A DNA stretch of 64,000 nucleotides from Eledone cirrhosa (taxonomy: Eukaryota): positions 62,001 through 126,000 of the forward strand of contig CAXHJY010001169.1 of NCBI GenBank assembly GCA_964016885.1. The letters run 5' to 3'. The notes under the pieces were generated by a model. The model worked only from the letters and a program-made list of their open reading frames with translations, searched no databases and was not told where the DNA came from. Shown in pieces: positions 39,160 through 54,245 of this stretch (position 1 is its first letter; every line of letters begins with the position of its first letter). The position numbers were made by a program, and so were the translations under genes.

Positions 39160-39617
39160 TGGCTGCCAACTCGTTTTCGAGTACGTCCACTACTTTATAT
39201 CCATGTAGGAGAATCCCTACCGATGCGCTGAACGAGTGTGACTTTTTAGTCCAGCCAGTGACTTGAAAACTCTGGTACAAACACTACACTTGTGACAATT
39301 ATTGACACAGTGCTGGGCCCATGGTACCATGTGACGACAAGTGCAGAGAGATCTCCAGATATAAAGCAATGCCTGTGCCGTGAAGCTTTTATAGTGAGCA
39401 AAGGCACTGCACAAAGCCAGTCCCACTCTCTTAACCAAGATGATATTTACCAAAAAGAAGAACAAGTCAACATCATTGGATACCATCAGGGTTGCAGGTG
39501 TTATATCAGAGTTTTCCTTCTCCTAGAATTCTGCCTTGACAAAGGCTAAGGGGTCATCTCTCCCGGTGATTTTGGATGGCCATTGACTCTTAAGAGCTCC
39601 TTTGCCCTTTGACAGGT

Positions 39618-39620
<3 letters not shown>
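39156..39620 (-). mobile_element. bipartite non-autonomous RTE derivative (3' part)
   Basis: Near-identical to 54246-54710; C2H2 remnant CSVCTRVFKSLAGLKSH. Confidence 0.8.
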
Positions 39621-39654
<34 letters not shown>

Positions 39655-41940
39655 CATACATATACATACATGTATATACATATACATACATATATACATT
39701 CATACATTTACACTCGTATTTTTAGAGCAAGAAATTGGATTTGATGCATTTAAAAAGTTAAAAAGAACCGTAATAAATACTGCTAATCATTTACCGACGC
39801 TATAACGACTCTACTAATTCAACAGCTTCAAAACATAACCCAAAGCAATTCAAAGGAATGTTACTCTGTTTACCTTTATTGTTATCTACTAGAGTTGTTT
39901 CCCATTACAGAGTTGCTTCTCTTTACATATATACTTTTTTTTATAATTCTATTTTTAACGCTGGGATTGAAACCATAACAAAAAGTACTCTTAAATAAAT
40001 GTAAAAATATATATAATTAATTTAATAATATCTTGATACCTGGTATACTCACCGGATGATTAAAGAATTTCATGATGTTTGGCTTCTATATGATAAATAC
40101 GATCTCAGCCGTCATTACAGTGAAATGTTTAGTTGCATAAAACATCGAAAAATCCTGCTAGAAATAACAACCAAACCACACATTGCCGTCTTTAAAAAAG
40201 AAAGGGAACATTGGATATTGTCCTAGATACAATATTTTAAAAGAATTCTTTGTTTTTGCTACTGGTTTCAGTCCCAAGATTGTGGTCATGCTAGGACACC
40301 ACCTACAATAATTTTAGTCTACCATATTAACGCTACGCTGATACTTATTTTCTAGGTCTCTATTTGTTGAAATGCCAGGTTTGAAATATACAAGGTGTCC
40401 CCCAAAAATATATACACACTTCAACAGCATTATATTAAATTTTGCCTGTACAGATAATCAAAGTGTGTATATAGTTTTTAGTATATAGTTTTTAGAAGAA
40501 CACCATTTAAACAACACCGGTTTGTATACAATCACAATGTTCTTCCATATAGCTTTCGTCTATCGCATCCCCCATGTTCACAAAGCATTGTTCAACCCAA
40601 AGTTATCGCAGAAGACACTTGTTGAAGGTGCCACACAGTGATATTGAACGTGGAACCACGTGGTTGGAAAGCAAACTTCTTAACCACACAATCATGTCTG
40701 CTTTGAGTACGCCTAAACATATAGACGGAATGGTCATGGATGGAATACTTCGATAAAAGGTCTGTTTGATTAAGTTTAGCATGAGTAGTTAAGCAACAAC
40801 AACAACCAAATCACCCCCCTCTCCACCGTCGCTTATATTTCTTTTACCCTAACCCATTGTCTACTTGGTTCGAAACTAATGCGTATATGGCTTCATATGC
40901 AATATATTTATGTATAAGAAACATATATAGAGTCTCAGTGTGAGTATTTTAAGCTGTAAGTATTTTAAGCTGTGATTATATCACGTCTACCTTGGCATAT
41001 GTTTAAAAGCGCTGTATGCAGATTACAAGATTCTTTAATCTATCATCACCAGATGCTTACTCACTATATAATACTGATGTATTAATAGAAGAAGCATTCA
41101 TTTTTTAAAATCATTATATAAATACGTCTACAAAGCTTTTACAGGGATGCTAAGGTGGCTGTGATATAACCATAGCTTGAAATACTCACATCGTAATTAT
41201 ACAATGTTTATTATACACAAACATTACTATACACATAAATATCGTATATGGGTCCATATATACCTTTATTGTCGCTAGTAGTCTGTCTGTATCGCCATTT
41301 TACCCTCCTGGCGTCTCTGTCCCCTTCAATTTCTCTCTTTTTCTTTCCCCCTTCTCTTTTAAGAATGACAGGAACTGTAGTATTTCAATTGACTTTAATA
41401 CTGATGTTATAAGAAGAATTGTAGTGAGATGGTTGGGTCATGTGCTGAAGAAGTATGAAAGTGACTGTATGAGGGGTGTGATATAATGAATGTGGAGAGA
41501 AGTAGAGGAAAGGGAAGACCATAATGTCCAAATTATTCGATCAATGGAACAAACTGCTCATGAAATTAATGTATAAGTGATCGAACATTCTATTGTACTC
41601 TATTCCCAGGGAACTTTAGCGTGACACAATATGTGACATGGCTAGCCCTTTGAATTATAGGTACCGTTCACCCACATGAGCTTCCAAACAGTTTCCGTCT
41701 ACATGATTTTACTCACAAGATATGGATCAATCCGAGGCTATGGTCAATGGCACTTGCCCAAGTTATCACGCTGTGAGATCAAATCCGATCAAACCCGAGA
41801 GCTAATGATTTCGAACTTTTTAACCATTCAACCAAGCTGCGCCTCAACAGAAACGTAGCAAAGGATAACACAGCCGATTATTTTACCAGTGAACATGCCT
41901 TGGCTTAGAGAGTTTTAGTCATAGATAATACATTGCAATA

Positions 41941-42133
41941 ATAATTGTTTCTACTTTTGACACAAGGTCAGTAATTATCCCAGTGCATTACTGGTACTTT
42001 ATTTTATCGACCCCGTAAGGATGAAAGGCAAAGTTAACCTCGGCGGGATAGGAACTCAGAACGTAAAGAGGCATAACTCTATGCTGCAAAGCTTGGTGTC
42101 TGACGCTTTACCGATAATGCCAGCCCACCGCCC
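41941..42133 (-). mobile_element. SINE family A
   Basis: TSD ATTGCAATAATAAT. Confidence 0.9.
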
Positions 42134-42536
42134 TTATATATTGCAATAATAATAACAATAACGATAACAATAATAATAAGTCTTTGTATTTTGTTAGAGC
42201 TTTTTTTTTTTTTTTTTTTTGTAAACATTTTAGTAATTTCAAAAATTCGTTTTTCCTTTTCTGTTAACAAAAAGAGGGGAAAAAAAGGGGGGGGGATCGA
42301 CGACACTCACACTCAATCACACTGCAACAAGGGGCTGCTGCAGTTACCTCTAATCATTTTCAAGGTAAACTAAAACACGCGCATCATTACCTCGGGTGAT
42401 AGCGAGACTAAGACAATGGAATATCTAAGCACCCACACCTATGAACTCACAGAACCTCCAGACAGGAGCTGGTATCATTTCCGACTCATCCTGGTCTTTA
42501 TAAGATACTTTACATCAGATTATATTACACAGTGAA

Positions 42537-43080
42537 GGCGTGTGGCTGAGTGATTTGAGAATTGGATTCGCAATCTTGAGGTTGTGAGTTCGATTCCTGG
42601 ACCGGGCGATGCGTTATATCCTTGAGCACACACTTTATTTCACGTTGCTCCTTCTACCTGGAGTTGCGACTGATAGTTAGTACTAGCAACTGGAAAGACC
42701 AACGGAAACATTGTTTCCTTGGTCCGATTTGACGAAAGTCGATCGATCCCTTTTTTTTTTTATATTGCACACACACACATATGGCTTAGTGGTTAGATCG
42801 TCGGGCTTACAATCGTGAGATTGTGAGTTCGATTCTCGGATCGGGCTTTGCGTAGTGGTCTTGAGCAAGACACTTTATTTCACGTTGCTCCAGTTCACTC
42901 AGCTGTAGAAATGAGTTGTGACGTCACTGGTGCCAAGCTGTATTAGCCTTTCCCCTGGGCAACATTGGCGGCTGCTGGTCTTCCACAAACAGCCTTGCCC
43001 GGACTTGTGCCTCGGTGGGGAACTTTCTAGGTGCAAATCCCATGGTCATTCGTGACCGAAGCGGGTCTTTACCCTTTACC
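42537..43080 (+). mobile_element. two adjacent tRNA-derived SINEs (families B' and B)
   Basis: A/B boxes at 42540-42600 and 42782-42840; shared TTGAGCA.ACACTTTATTTCACGTTGCTCC. Confidence 0.85.
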
Positions 43081-43700
43081 CGTACACACATACACACCCA
43101 CATATATATAGTATTGATATATAAGGGAACAAAGAATCAGTGTTGCATCATATACATATCTAATTACATGTTACATATGTTTCACTGCCGATCAGCTCGA
43201 GGAACGATCTATTAATGATCGAACTTGACTTTGGAATCGGAAGCTCTTCAGATATGTTTTAACATGTAGACTCGCCTCTGAGACTGGTTGAATATTATCC
43301 TGATTTCCTTCTTATATGCTACCACAAATTCTGTCATAGAGGTGTGCCACCGTATTCACTTGATGGTTTATTTTCGGTCAGATCACAGCTGGGGGCTTCC
43401 TATAATTTAGCGGCTGTTATCGCCATCTCGGGTCAAGTTGTCGTACGTACCATGCGTGTCAACCTGTTTGCTGCCTGACGCCCATTGCTATCTTGTTTGC
43501 AGTAAGCATTAACGCAATACAAGGGGGCGAGTGAGACTGACAGACACAGATGGAGGGGGAGCATTAAGGTAATACGAGAGGAATCTGTTTGAACGGCCTT
43601 CTAAAATTACCAACAAATCTATATTGTATTACGTTCGGCTGTTTAAAATAAAGAGAACACTGAAATATATCAATATATATGCATTCTTGTATTAAGAATA

Positions 43701-43883
43701 CAATTGTTTCTACTTTAGGCACAAGGCCAGCAAATACCCAGTACATTACTGGTACTTTATTTTATCGACCTCGTAAGGATGAAAGGCAAAATTAACATCG
43801 GTGGGATTTGAACTCAGTCCGCAAAGGGGCGTAACTCTATGCTGGAAAGCATGGAGTCCGACCCTCTACCGATACTGCCAATC
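43701..43883 (-). mobile_element. SINE family A
   Basis: Homology to family A. Confidence 0.85.
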
Positions 43884-44787
43884 AATATGAGTGTGTGTTA
43901 TACTAAGCCGACAGTCCATGTGAACACTCTGTAACAGTTATAGTGTTCACTGTCGGTATTCATGTATTCACTCACTTATTAATCAATTGTGAACATACAT
44001 TCCATAAAGCAATCCTAAAACCACTTCCTCCCCCCCCCCATCTGTGTCTGTCAGTCTCACTCTCCCCCTCTCTCTATTTATCTATCTCTTGCCCTCTATC
44101 ACTTTAATATGATTGTCTTTCTTCTTCTTGTTCTTCGCACACTTCTTCCTGAGAGGTGTCGTGGGGGAGGGGGGGGGCAGAGTCCTCAAACATTCCTTCT
44201 TCCAAACTTCACTTTTTCTTCACGGTTTCTCTCTCTTTTCTCTCTCTCTTCTCTCTCTCTTTTTCTCTCTCTCTTCTCTCCTTCTCTCCCCCTCTCACTC
44301 TCTACCCCTCTCTGTCGCCGACCGTCACTGCCTCTCTCACTACCTCATTGTCACCCTTACCGTTTCTCTCTTGCTCCCTCACTGTCTTTCTTCACTTATC
44401 TCTCTCTTTTTCTCTCTCACTGTCTTTCTCAACCCCCACCTTCCTGCCTTTCTTTATAACTGTCATTATACATGTGTATATGTATGTATTTATATGTATA
44501 CATGTGTATATGTATGTATTTATATGTATACATGTGTATATGTATGTATTTATATGTATATATGTGTATATGTATGTATATATGTCTAATTATATATATA
44601 TATATATTACTCTTTTACTCTTTTACCTGTTTCAGCCATCCGGCTGAGGCCATGCTGGGGCACCGCCCTTGACAATATATTTTCCGTGCTATTTCAAACT
44701 TCACCTTTTCTCTATATCCAATGTTTTGTATAGAACCTTACTTCCCTTTTCTAATATTTATAAAAGAATCGCTGCCCCCCCCCTCCC

Positions 44788-44852
<65 letters not shown>

Positions 44853-45418
44853 CATACACACATATATGTGAGTGTCTACTATATTGTATTTTAATTTTCT
44901 CGTTTTGTGACTCTTCCTCACACTCCTTTGTTTATTTTCTGTATCTATCACTCTCTCACTTCCCCCTCCTTCGCCCCCACGTCATATACTTATTCTCTAT
45001 CTCTCTTACTCTTGTTCCACACCTTCTCTTCTTGCTATCCATACACACACACTATATCTATATCACAACATTTTGATCTCAGTTATGGAGATACATACAT
45101 TTTCAACTGAGATATGAAATAAAAAGCTAATGCCATGGATAATAAAAAGTCAAGAGATCAGACCAATAACGGAAGTGACCTTAACCCAGGTCACAGTGAC
45201 CAAATTCATGGGGTCAGTTTACATTCAGCAATTTTTCCTCTTAATTTCTCATCTTTTTAATCTATCAAAATGTTTTGCTTCAAAAATACGTCTATATATA
45301 ATATAATATAATATAATATAATATAATTGTTTCTACTTTAGGCACAAGGCCAGCAATTACTGGTACTTTATTTAATATAATATAATATGATATAATATAA
45401 TATAATATAATATAATAT

Positions 45419-45504
<86 letters not shown>

Positions 45505-45506
<2 letters not shown>

Positions 45507-45698
45507 CAAAGGAATTGTGGTAAGGAACCAGATGGACCATAACGCACTAGAATACTCAATACTTAGGGTAGTAGAGTGGTAAATAGGAAAAAGTATGACT
45601 CCGACGGCAGAGCTCAAGCCGTTTCGACGGCTATTTCTGACTAGTCCAGAAATAGCCGTCGAAACGGCTTGAGCTCTGCCGTCTGGGTCATACTTTTT

Positions 45699-45702
<4 letters not shown>
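45505..45702. mobile_element. fold-back PLE pLTR stub in (TA)n
   Basis: Inverted arms centred at ~45641; same family as 38878-39110. Confidence 0.8.
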
Positions 45703-45757
<55 letters not shown>

Positions 45758-46112
45758 ATAGATACGTATATATATATATTGTTTCACTCGTGTTTCACGT
45801 AGTATGTGAGGCACCAGACATTTTACCCAACGTCACACCAAATTGTATGTTATGTTGCTTAACGGCTATAAATTAGTTGTGTCTATCGTCTCTTACTCCT
45901 TTGGCTTATATCAGACGCTGTGATCCCAGATAGACCAGCAGTACCGTTGGTAGGAGTCCATCTCAACGGCCGATGACCATGGAGTTCTGTGTCCTTCGAT
46001 TGTATATTTATTTTTTTTAATTATTTTTAAAGGTTTTTCCTTAAGAAATTGTTTTTCGTTTTGTTTTGTTTCCGTTCGTTGTCTTGTTCTTCTTTGTTAA
46101 TTTTCTTAAGTT

Positions 46113-46197
<85 letters not shown>

Positions 46198-46229
46198 TTT
46201 TTTAACCTGGCCAGTCGTATATTGTCCCT

Positions 46230-48076
46230 TTTTTCACTTTACTAACTCCAACGACAGAAGGAAAAGATAGAGTAGGGAGAGCTTTATGAACCCGGCATAG
46301 TCTTCTCGGCGATGATCTCTAGAAAACAATACAGTCAGTAGATATTCAAAATATTCCTCCCTCTTTTGCTTGTAAAATACTTCCATGAGCTCATCATCGT
46401 CCAAGATAGTGTGATGATGAGACTTATCGATGGAGTCCCAACGTTCCTGGAACTTATTGATCATTGGGATACCAGGATTAAATGATGGGAAAATATTCTC
46501 GAAGACTTTCTCCAAAACCAGTTCAAGAACATGATGGCAGCAAGCCAGCTACAAAATGGATTTTTTCTGAGCTATTTCAAATTTCGTATTAGCTCCATGG
46601 TGCACACCGGTGTTACTGGCGGAGGTGTTGAAGCACATATTATTCTATCCTCAATTTTGAGTCGTTGAATTTTCTACAAAACAACTTGAGCGATTTATTG
46701 TCCGGTTCCATTTCTTGCAATCGGAACACCTAAGAGCTCCCCCTTTCCTTTTCCTGTAATTAAATCTAATATTTGAGTGTGCTTGATTGGAAGGCCGATG
46801 GTAATAACCTCTATCCCAATGGAGGACTAGCCAGGATCTGTCTTTAGGTGGGAAAGCGGATAACTCTATTTCCTGAGCCATCTTCTTCTGTCGACTGGTT
46901 CTTGCTCGATAAATAGTTGAGGATGAAATCGAGAGTTCAGACACATCAAGACCAAGACTCTTCTCAATTGTGATGTAAGAATTACTTGCATGTACCGAGA
47001 GTTTCTCCCGTTTCACGTGGAAACAAGAGTGGTGTCGAGAATTGATTTTATTCGCAGTGATTTTCGGAGTGATGTTGATTTGAAGATTTCATCATCATCA
47101 TCATCATCAATAGCTGAGCTGGTTGATGAACTTTCAAGAGCTAGTTTCTCAGACATCTTCTTGACTTCTTCATCCTGCTTTCTCTTTCTTACGAATCTTC
47201 TTTTCCTTCTTCTGAATGGCTTACACATGTTCTACATCAACTCACTCTAACTAGGAATGAAGATATCCGATCTTCCCATTGTGTTTCAAGGAAAGCTTTG
47301 TCTTCGGATGGGACATCCTTTTGTTCAAGAATGTCTTGGTTTGCGATGTCAAAATTTCCTCGACATTATTTTGGTAGTGATATTTGCTTTTTCTCATACT
47401 TCCTAGAGCTCCTGGCTAGATTCTTTTACAGCAACTGAAATTGTCTCCCCGAATTCGACGTGACGGTAGAGAAAACACAAGAGCACTTATTGTTTGGAGG
47501 GGAGTCGAGTCTATGGTAACAGCCCCTCTATAGTAAACGACCTTTCTGGTTTCCATTTATTTATTCTCTGTGAAAGATGAAAAGCAATTTTATTTAAACG
47601 AGCCTTTGGGTTCTTGCATTCAGGCTATGAAAAGCAAAAGAAAAGAAAATTATTTTGTAACTTTATAACAACGAAAAACTGTGTTTACTACTCTCCAACA
47701 AAACCAGCACTGAACCAACAATGCAATGAACCTAAGCACCAGCATTACAATGAATTTGCATCAGAACCTTATTGTTAACTCATTATCTTGTTGAATTATC
47801 AAAACAAATACCGAAAATCTCACTTCATCAACGAACAATTCTTTGAACGAACAATTAAAACAAATCACCGATGTAAAATTATTTCTACATACTTAGGATA
47901 AGTTTATGGTTCATTTCTTTTTCATTTGGGAATCTATAAACGGTAAGTCTCTTGCATGTACACAGTCGAAAACGGACAAAAAAACACAACCTGGTTAAAA
48001 AACAACAAGTGTTGAAGAAAATATTTTGTATTTTTGGCATAGCATTAAAAAATGCATCAGATTGTACACCCCCCTA
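46230..48076 (-). mobile_element. degenerate hATm-like DNA transposon (transposase relic)
   Basis: LVLHWD, CFNTSASNTG.HHGA, LACCHHVLELVLEKVF, REDY motifs; candidate terminus TAGGGGGGTGTAC at ~48076; many stops. Confidence 0.75.
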
Positions 48077-48769
48077 ATTATATAAATAGATTCGTATCTT
48101 GTAACGTTGAAGATGTCGTCCTACTCAAACCGGATTCATGCTGTTCATGCTTTATCGGAGGTACAATAATGTTTTCTTGATATGTGCAATGACTATCTTC
48201 GTGCGGTTGAAGGAAACAAGATTAGCATGATCTTGGAGAATGTTTTCGAAATCTCTGTTCGTGGAGACAGAGAAAGGTTAGCGTGGGGTGTCTAGTTGTA
48301 CATTTGTGGGCGGAGGAAAATAGAATTGTTCAGAGTCACCAATGGTGTAGTTATATTTAATGAAGGGAACAGGAAAAAGTTAACTAGAAGCAATTATACT
48401 TTATAACAGCTGAAGTAATTTAGTGAGGGCAACGAGGACAATAATTGGTATTATTAACGTTATCATAACAATATCACCACCACCACCACCACCATCAACA
48501 ACAATAACAGTTGCGGTAGGTTTGGTAACTAATGCGCCAGAGGTCTATGGTCACACCACTGGAGTTTTATTGTATCTTTAAACACAGCACAAAATAAACC
48601 ATACTCCACTTTAACACTTTCATTACTATATTTCTAATGACAAACACACTCTATGATGTTTTAAAATAATTTTGAAAATAACCATGAAATTCAGAGGGAT
48701 TTAGAAATACAACTAACACAGTTTAGTTGGTGTTGGTGCATAATCTAACAATTGTTCCTATATAAAACT

Positions 48770-49460
48770 ATGTTAGAAGGTTTTCTGATAAATATAAACA
48801 TTTTAAAACAAACAGTTCAGAATTGTAGAAGTGTTTATAACCTCTGTTACGTTTGCGATGCAGGAAAATATTGAACGACGGTATACAATTAAATTTTGTT
48901 TGGAAATCAACAAATCTGCCAGCGAAATATTTCACTCTTTAACACAAGCTTATGGAGATGTCACTCACTCGAGGAGTAAACATTTTAAGTGGCACAAAGC
49001 TTTCAAAGGGTGCCGAGAAAATGTTAAAGATGAATCTCGTTCTAGCGGTGATGGCAAAGGATCACCAATTACGTGTTAGGAAAATTGCAGAAGAAATGAA
49101 TGAAATGAATTTTAACAGAAAATTTGCACATGCGAAAAAATTATGCAAAACACAGCATTTTCAATTAGAGATTTTCTGGTGAAGAAAAGCATTCCCACTG
49201 TTCCACATTATCCCTAAACCTAGCTCCGTGTGATTTCTACCTCTTCCCTAAGTTGAAATTGGAGTTGAAGGGTCATCATTTTGGGAATGTGGAAAACATA
49301 CAAAAAATTGTAACTAACGAGCTAAGGTCACTCACAGAAAATGACTTCTGGTACAGCTACGATCAATGGAAGAAAATGTTAAAACCACTCTGTCACTTCC
49401 CAAGGGTCGAATTTTGAAGGAGATAACATCAGTACTCTTAATTTTGGAGCAAACCTCGTA
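48770..49460 (+). mobile_element. degenerate mariner
   Basis: ERRYTIKFC...AYGD...KWHKAFK; LAPCDFYLFPKLK; terminal ...AACCTCG|TA. Confidence 0.8.
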
Positions 49461-49775
49461 TATCACCATTACGGATGATATATCATCATCATCATCATCA
49501 TCATTATCATTATCACCATCCAGTTTTTGATTATGTAGGACACAATTAATCTCTAAGCCCAGCTTGATCCCGACGGATATCCTCCACCCAAGTCCTTTTT
49601 GGTCTCCTTGGGCCTCTACTGCCTCATGAATCGACATTCATCACTACACATACATATATACATACATACATGCATAAATACATACATACATACATGATGG
49701 CTGCCCCCTCGTTATCGAGTATGGCCATTGCACGAGGAGAAAAAAAAAAATTAATAGATAAATAAAAAAAAAAAG

Positions 49776-49827
<52 letters not shown>

Positions 49828-49984
49828 ATATACATATATACACACATATATATATACACACATATATACATTAATAATAATAATAATAATAATAACAACA
49901 ATAATAATATACATATACATATACATATATATATACACACACACGCGCACACATAAACATATCTATACACACACACGATAGCAA

Positions 49985-52900
49985 CTAACAGCGCTGCGAT
50001 CGAATGTGGCTTTTTAGCCCAGCCAATGATCTAAAATGTCTTGCACAGAGTCGGCAACCAAAACATTCACTGGGAATAGCCGGCTGTGGTTGGAGTTCAT
50101 GTACTTTTGCATGTCGCTTGAGCCCTCCTGCTGATTTACATTCTCTACCACATGTTTGGCAAGCATGATGAGTAGCATGTCCAACAGCAGCCTGGTAGTC
50201 AACCACTGGTCTTACTTTATGACTGCGAAGATGACTTTCGAGTCCAGCTTTGCTTAGGCAGAGTCTCGCACAGATGCTGCATGTCAGCACCATAGGAGGA
50301 CCCTCGCCTTTCTGGAAGTGCAACAGCAATGCCCTTCCTCACACCCCGCTTTACTTTCTCGTATGCGATTCGAGATGCCTCAAAGGCAACTTTTCCCTCA
50401 TATACAGTCTTTCTCCATTTATTACGATCAGCAGCAATATTTTCCCATGTATCAGCAGAGATGTTAGCGTCTTTCAAAGAGGCTTTCAAGGAATCCTTAT
50501 ACCTCTTTTTTGGTTTATGTGGCGGTCGTTTTCCTTTAACCAACTCTCCATAAAAGAGTTGTTTTGGTATTCTAGAATCCTTCATCCTGGCAAGGTGACC
50601 ACTCCAACGGAGTCGTTGCTTAAGCACAAGAGCTTCTATACTGTCACACATAGAGCTTTCCAAAATCTCGACATCACTGATGTGGTCCCTCCAGTGAACG
50701 CCATGGATCCGTCTGAGACACATCTGATGGAAGCGCGCCAATTGCTTAAGGTGGTGTCGATATGTGACCCAGGTCTCGCAGGCATAAAGAAGACAAGAGA
50801 GCACACATGCCTTGTACACCTTTACCTATGTCCTCCTGCATATGTCTCGCCGACCCCAGAGTCGCCTTTCTAGCTTTCCGAAAGCATCACTTGCTTTCCT
50901 AATCCTAAGTGAGATTTCACTGTCAAGGTTGCTGTATCGATTGACAGTGCTTCCCAGGTAGACAAACTGATCAACCACTCCAAGTCGTTTACCATACACA
51001 TAGATATTTGGTTCAGTGTACTGCTTACCAGGGGCAGGTTGGTACATGACGACGGTTTTCTTGAGACTGACAGTCAATCCTAGGGCAGTGCAAGCGTCAG
51101 AAAATGCATTCAAAATGTGCTGCATATCACTCTCTGTGTGCGCTACAAGATCGCAATCATCTGCATACAAGTGGTCTCTTATGATTGATGTAAATACTTT
51201 TGTCTTTGCAGCAAAGCACCTGATGTTAAATATGCTGCCTGAGGTTCGATATCGGATGTAAACACCATGCTCGCAATTCCTGAATTCAATACAGCAAACC
51301 ATTGCAAAGTATATGGCAAACAGGGTCGGTGCTGGAATATCCCCCTGTTTCACTCCATTTTTTTTACTGAGATAGGCTCCGACATGTTACGTCCGACATT
51401 AACCCAAGCCTTCATGTCGTCATGGAAAGACCTAACTAAAGCAAGGAACTTATCAGGGCAACCAAGTTTCTGGAGAACCTTCCATAATGCATCTCTGTTA
51501 ACAGTATCGAAAGCTTTTGTCAGATCGACAAAAACCTGATACAGATCCAAACCTTGTTCCATGCACTTCTCCTGGAGCTGTCTAGCTGAGAAGATCATAT
51601 CAGTAGTGCCGCGTCCAGCACAAAAACCAGATTGACTTTCAGGAAGAACACAATCTGTAATGTGTGTCAGCAGACGCTCCAGAAGCACCCTACATAAAAC
51701 TTTCCCTACGACAGAAAGCAATGATATACCTCTGTAGTTCCCACAATCATTCCTGTTACCCTTTCCCTTGTACAAGACCACCATTACTGCATCTCTCCAG
51801 TCCTCAGGTACGGATTCATTAGCCCATATCCTGCCCCAAAAAGAGTGAAGATGTTGCAGGAGTCTCTCACCACCATATTGTAGGAGCTCAGCATGTATGC
51901 CATCCATACCTGGAGACCTTCCACTGTTCAGCTTCGAGATAGCCACTGCAACCTCCACAAGCGTCGGAGGTTCTGCGAGAGCTACTTTCACAGGACTTTC
52001 TGGAATGAGATTGAGAAAATCTTCACTGACGACAGACGGCTGATTCAAAAGATCATCAAAGTAGAATTCCTTGTGAGTCACGAAGATGTTATTTGCCATC
52101 CTTGCTGCGAAGCGGTATCACCAGAGAAGAAGACGGTCCATAAACCTCACACAAGAGACTGTACAACAGCTTTGTGTTATTGGATTCTGACGCAGTTTGT
52201 ATCTCACCAGCCTTCTCACTCCACCACTGATCCTTTATCTGAGAAAGACTCCGCCTAACACGTGATTTTACATCGTTGTGTTCCTCATGCAACGTATTCC
52301 TCTCCTGTGGTTTTGCCGTCAAGTAGCGTGACAGAGCACGCCTCTTATCAGCCAACAAGTTTTCTATATGTACATCATTCTCATTAAACCAGTCCTGATG
52401 TTTTCTCTGCACCAATCCCAGAACACGCCTGCCTACATCATAAACCGACTTTTTAAGGGTCGGCCAATCCTCACCAAGATCTGCAGCCTGCATCTCTTCT
52501 TCCAATGTCCTCTTCACATTTTTATCCTTAAGACGAGCAGCATTCAATCTTTTGGACAGGGGAACACCAGGAGCCCGGATTTTACGTTTAGTGATTAGTT
52601 TCACTTTTGCGCGTACCAGGCGGTGGTCCGTCCAGCACTCAGCTCCACGAAGAGCACGAACACACTGCACATCCTGTCTGTCACGCATCCTGACTAGGAC
52701 GTAGTCCAAAAGATGCCATTCCTTAGATGCAGGATGCATCCATGTGGTCTTGAATTTGTTCTTTTGTTGGAACATGGTGTTGGTAACACACAGATCCAGC
52801 TCCTCACACATCTGCAGCAGGAGCATACCATTGTTGTTACACTTTCCCACCCCATGCCTTCCGATTACATTCCATGTTTTAAAATCCCTACCCACTCTAG

Positions 52901-53893
52901 CATTAAAGTCACCAAGCACGATGACTTTGTCTGCCTGAGGGATATTTCTTAAAACACCTTTCAAGGCATGGTAAAAGAACACTTTTTCTTCATCAACAGA
53001 ATTCATAGTTGGAGCAAACACACTCACCAGAGTCGCATATCTTCCTTTGTCCAGCAGAATTCTCATGGACATAAGACGCTCACTAATCCCTACTGGGAAT
53101 TCTTCTAATTTATTCACAAGAACAGTCTTAACAGCAAATCCTACCCCAGCCTCTCTTCTGGTTCCTTCATCTCTTCCTTTCCAGAAGAATATATATTCTC
53201 CACAAAATTCTGTAAGATGACCATCTCCAGTTAACCTCGTCTCAGATAAAGCCACGATGTCAAGATCGTAACGTCGAAGCTCCTTTGCAACAAGAGCGGT
53301 CCTTCGTTCAGGACGTTCCAAGGAATCCCTGTCAAGCAGCGTCCGTACGTTCCAGCAGCCAAGACTAAATGCCTTGTTTGGCTCTATTACAATGGCACGA
53401 TGATGAGCGGGCCCAGGCTGTGATAACCTGGGGCCCCTGCCCTTATTGCCAATTTTCTTTTTTGTTCCAGAACCTAAATTGCCAATTATCTCTTTAATAT
53501 TGTTCTGGAACATCATTGAATTGAAAAAAAAAAAAAAAAATAATAATAATAATAATAGTAACAATAATAATAATAATAATAATAATAATAGTACACTATT
53601 AATAATTATTAATGCACTCGTGCAATGCCTGTGCGTGACGAATATTTTTAAAGTGAGAAAAGACTGTGCACTGAGCCAATCCCACTCTCTGAGCGACAGT
53701 AGCTATAACCCGAAAAGAAGAAAAGATCAACATCATCGGTAACTACTGAGCCGCAGGTTTTATGTCGGAGTTAACCCAGTTTCCTGAGATGCCTTCTCCT
53801 AGAAGAATGCCCTGACAAGGGCTAGGGGTTCTTCACTCCTAGTGGTTTAACTGCGCGATCGGGCATCCAGCCCGATTATTTCTATGTCCCCGC
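49985..53893 (-). mobile_element. near full-length RTE (BovB-like) LINE: APE endonuclease, RT and C-terminal C2H2 fingers; frameshifted
   Basis: WNVRTLLD...ALSETR, LGDFNARVG, LDYVLVR, TDHRLV; YRGISLL, FVDLTKAFDTV, KQGD..APTLF, LYADD, FVYLGS, RLRWSGH; frameshifts near 52095, 51352, 50822 and 50280; 5' UTR separated by an A/(AAT)n insertion at ~53451-53615. Confidence 0.95.
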
Positions 53894-54245
53894 GCGCACC
53901 CCCCCCCCCCCACCAAAACTCACTTATTGATACTTATACGTACGACATACACACACGCGCATACATACGCGCGCACACACACGCATATATACGCGCGCGC
54001 ACAGCAACACTCATACATACAAACAAGCACACACACGCTACTCACTTACACACGCACACACATATATATATATTACCGTCATTACTGATACAAGATTTCA
54101 AGATTATGTCAACTGTTGACTTTCAAAAGTTTGTATAGTTGAAGTCGTTCGTATTACAGTCCAGTATTATTATAATTGCTTTACAGCATAGAGCTGTACT
54201 GGTACTTATTTAAATCTCTCTGTCTCAACATACATACATACATAT

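Noticed and set aside
38629-42850. tRNA genes at SINE heads
   Set aside because: A/B boxes are present but there is no intact cloverleaf, and each continues into a repeated SINE body
49985-50329. Host C2H2 zinc-finger gene
   Set aside because: Contiguous with the RTE ORF end after a frameshift; part of the LINE
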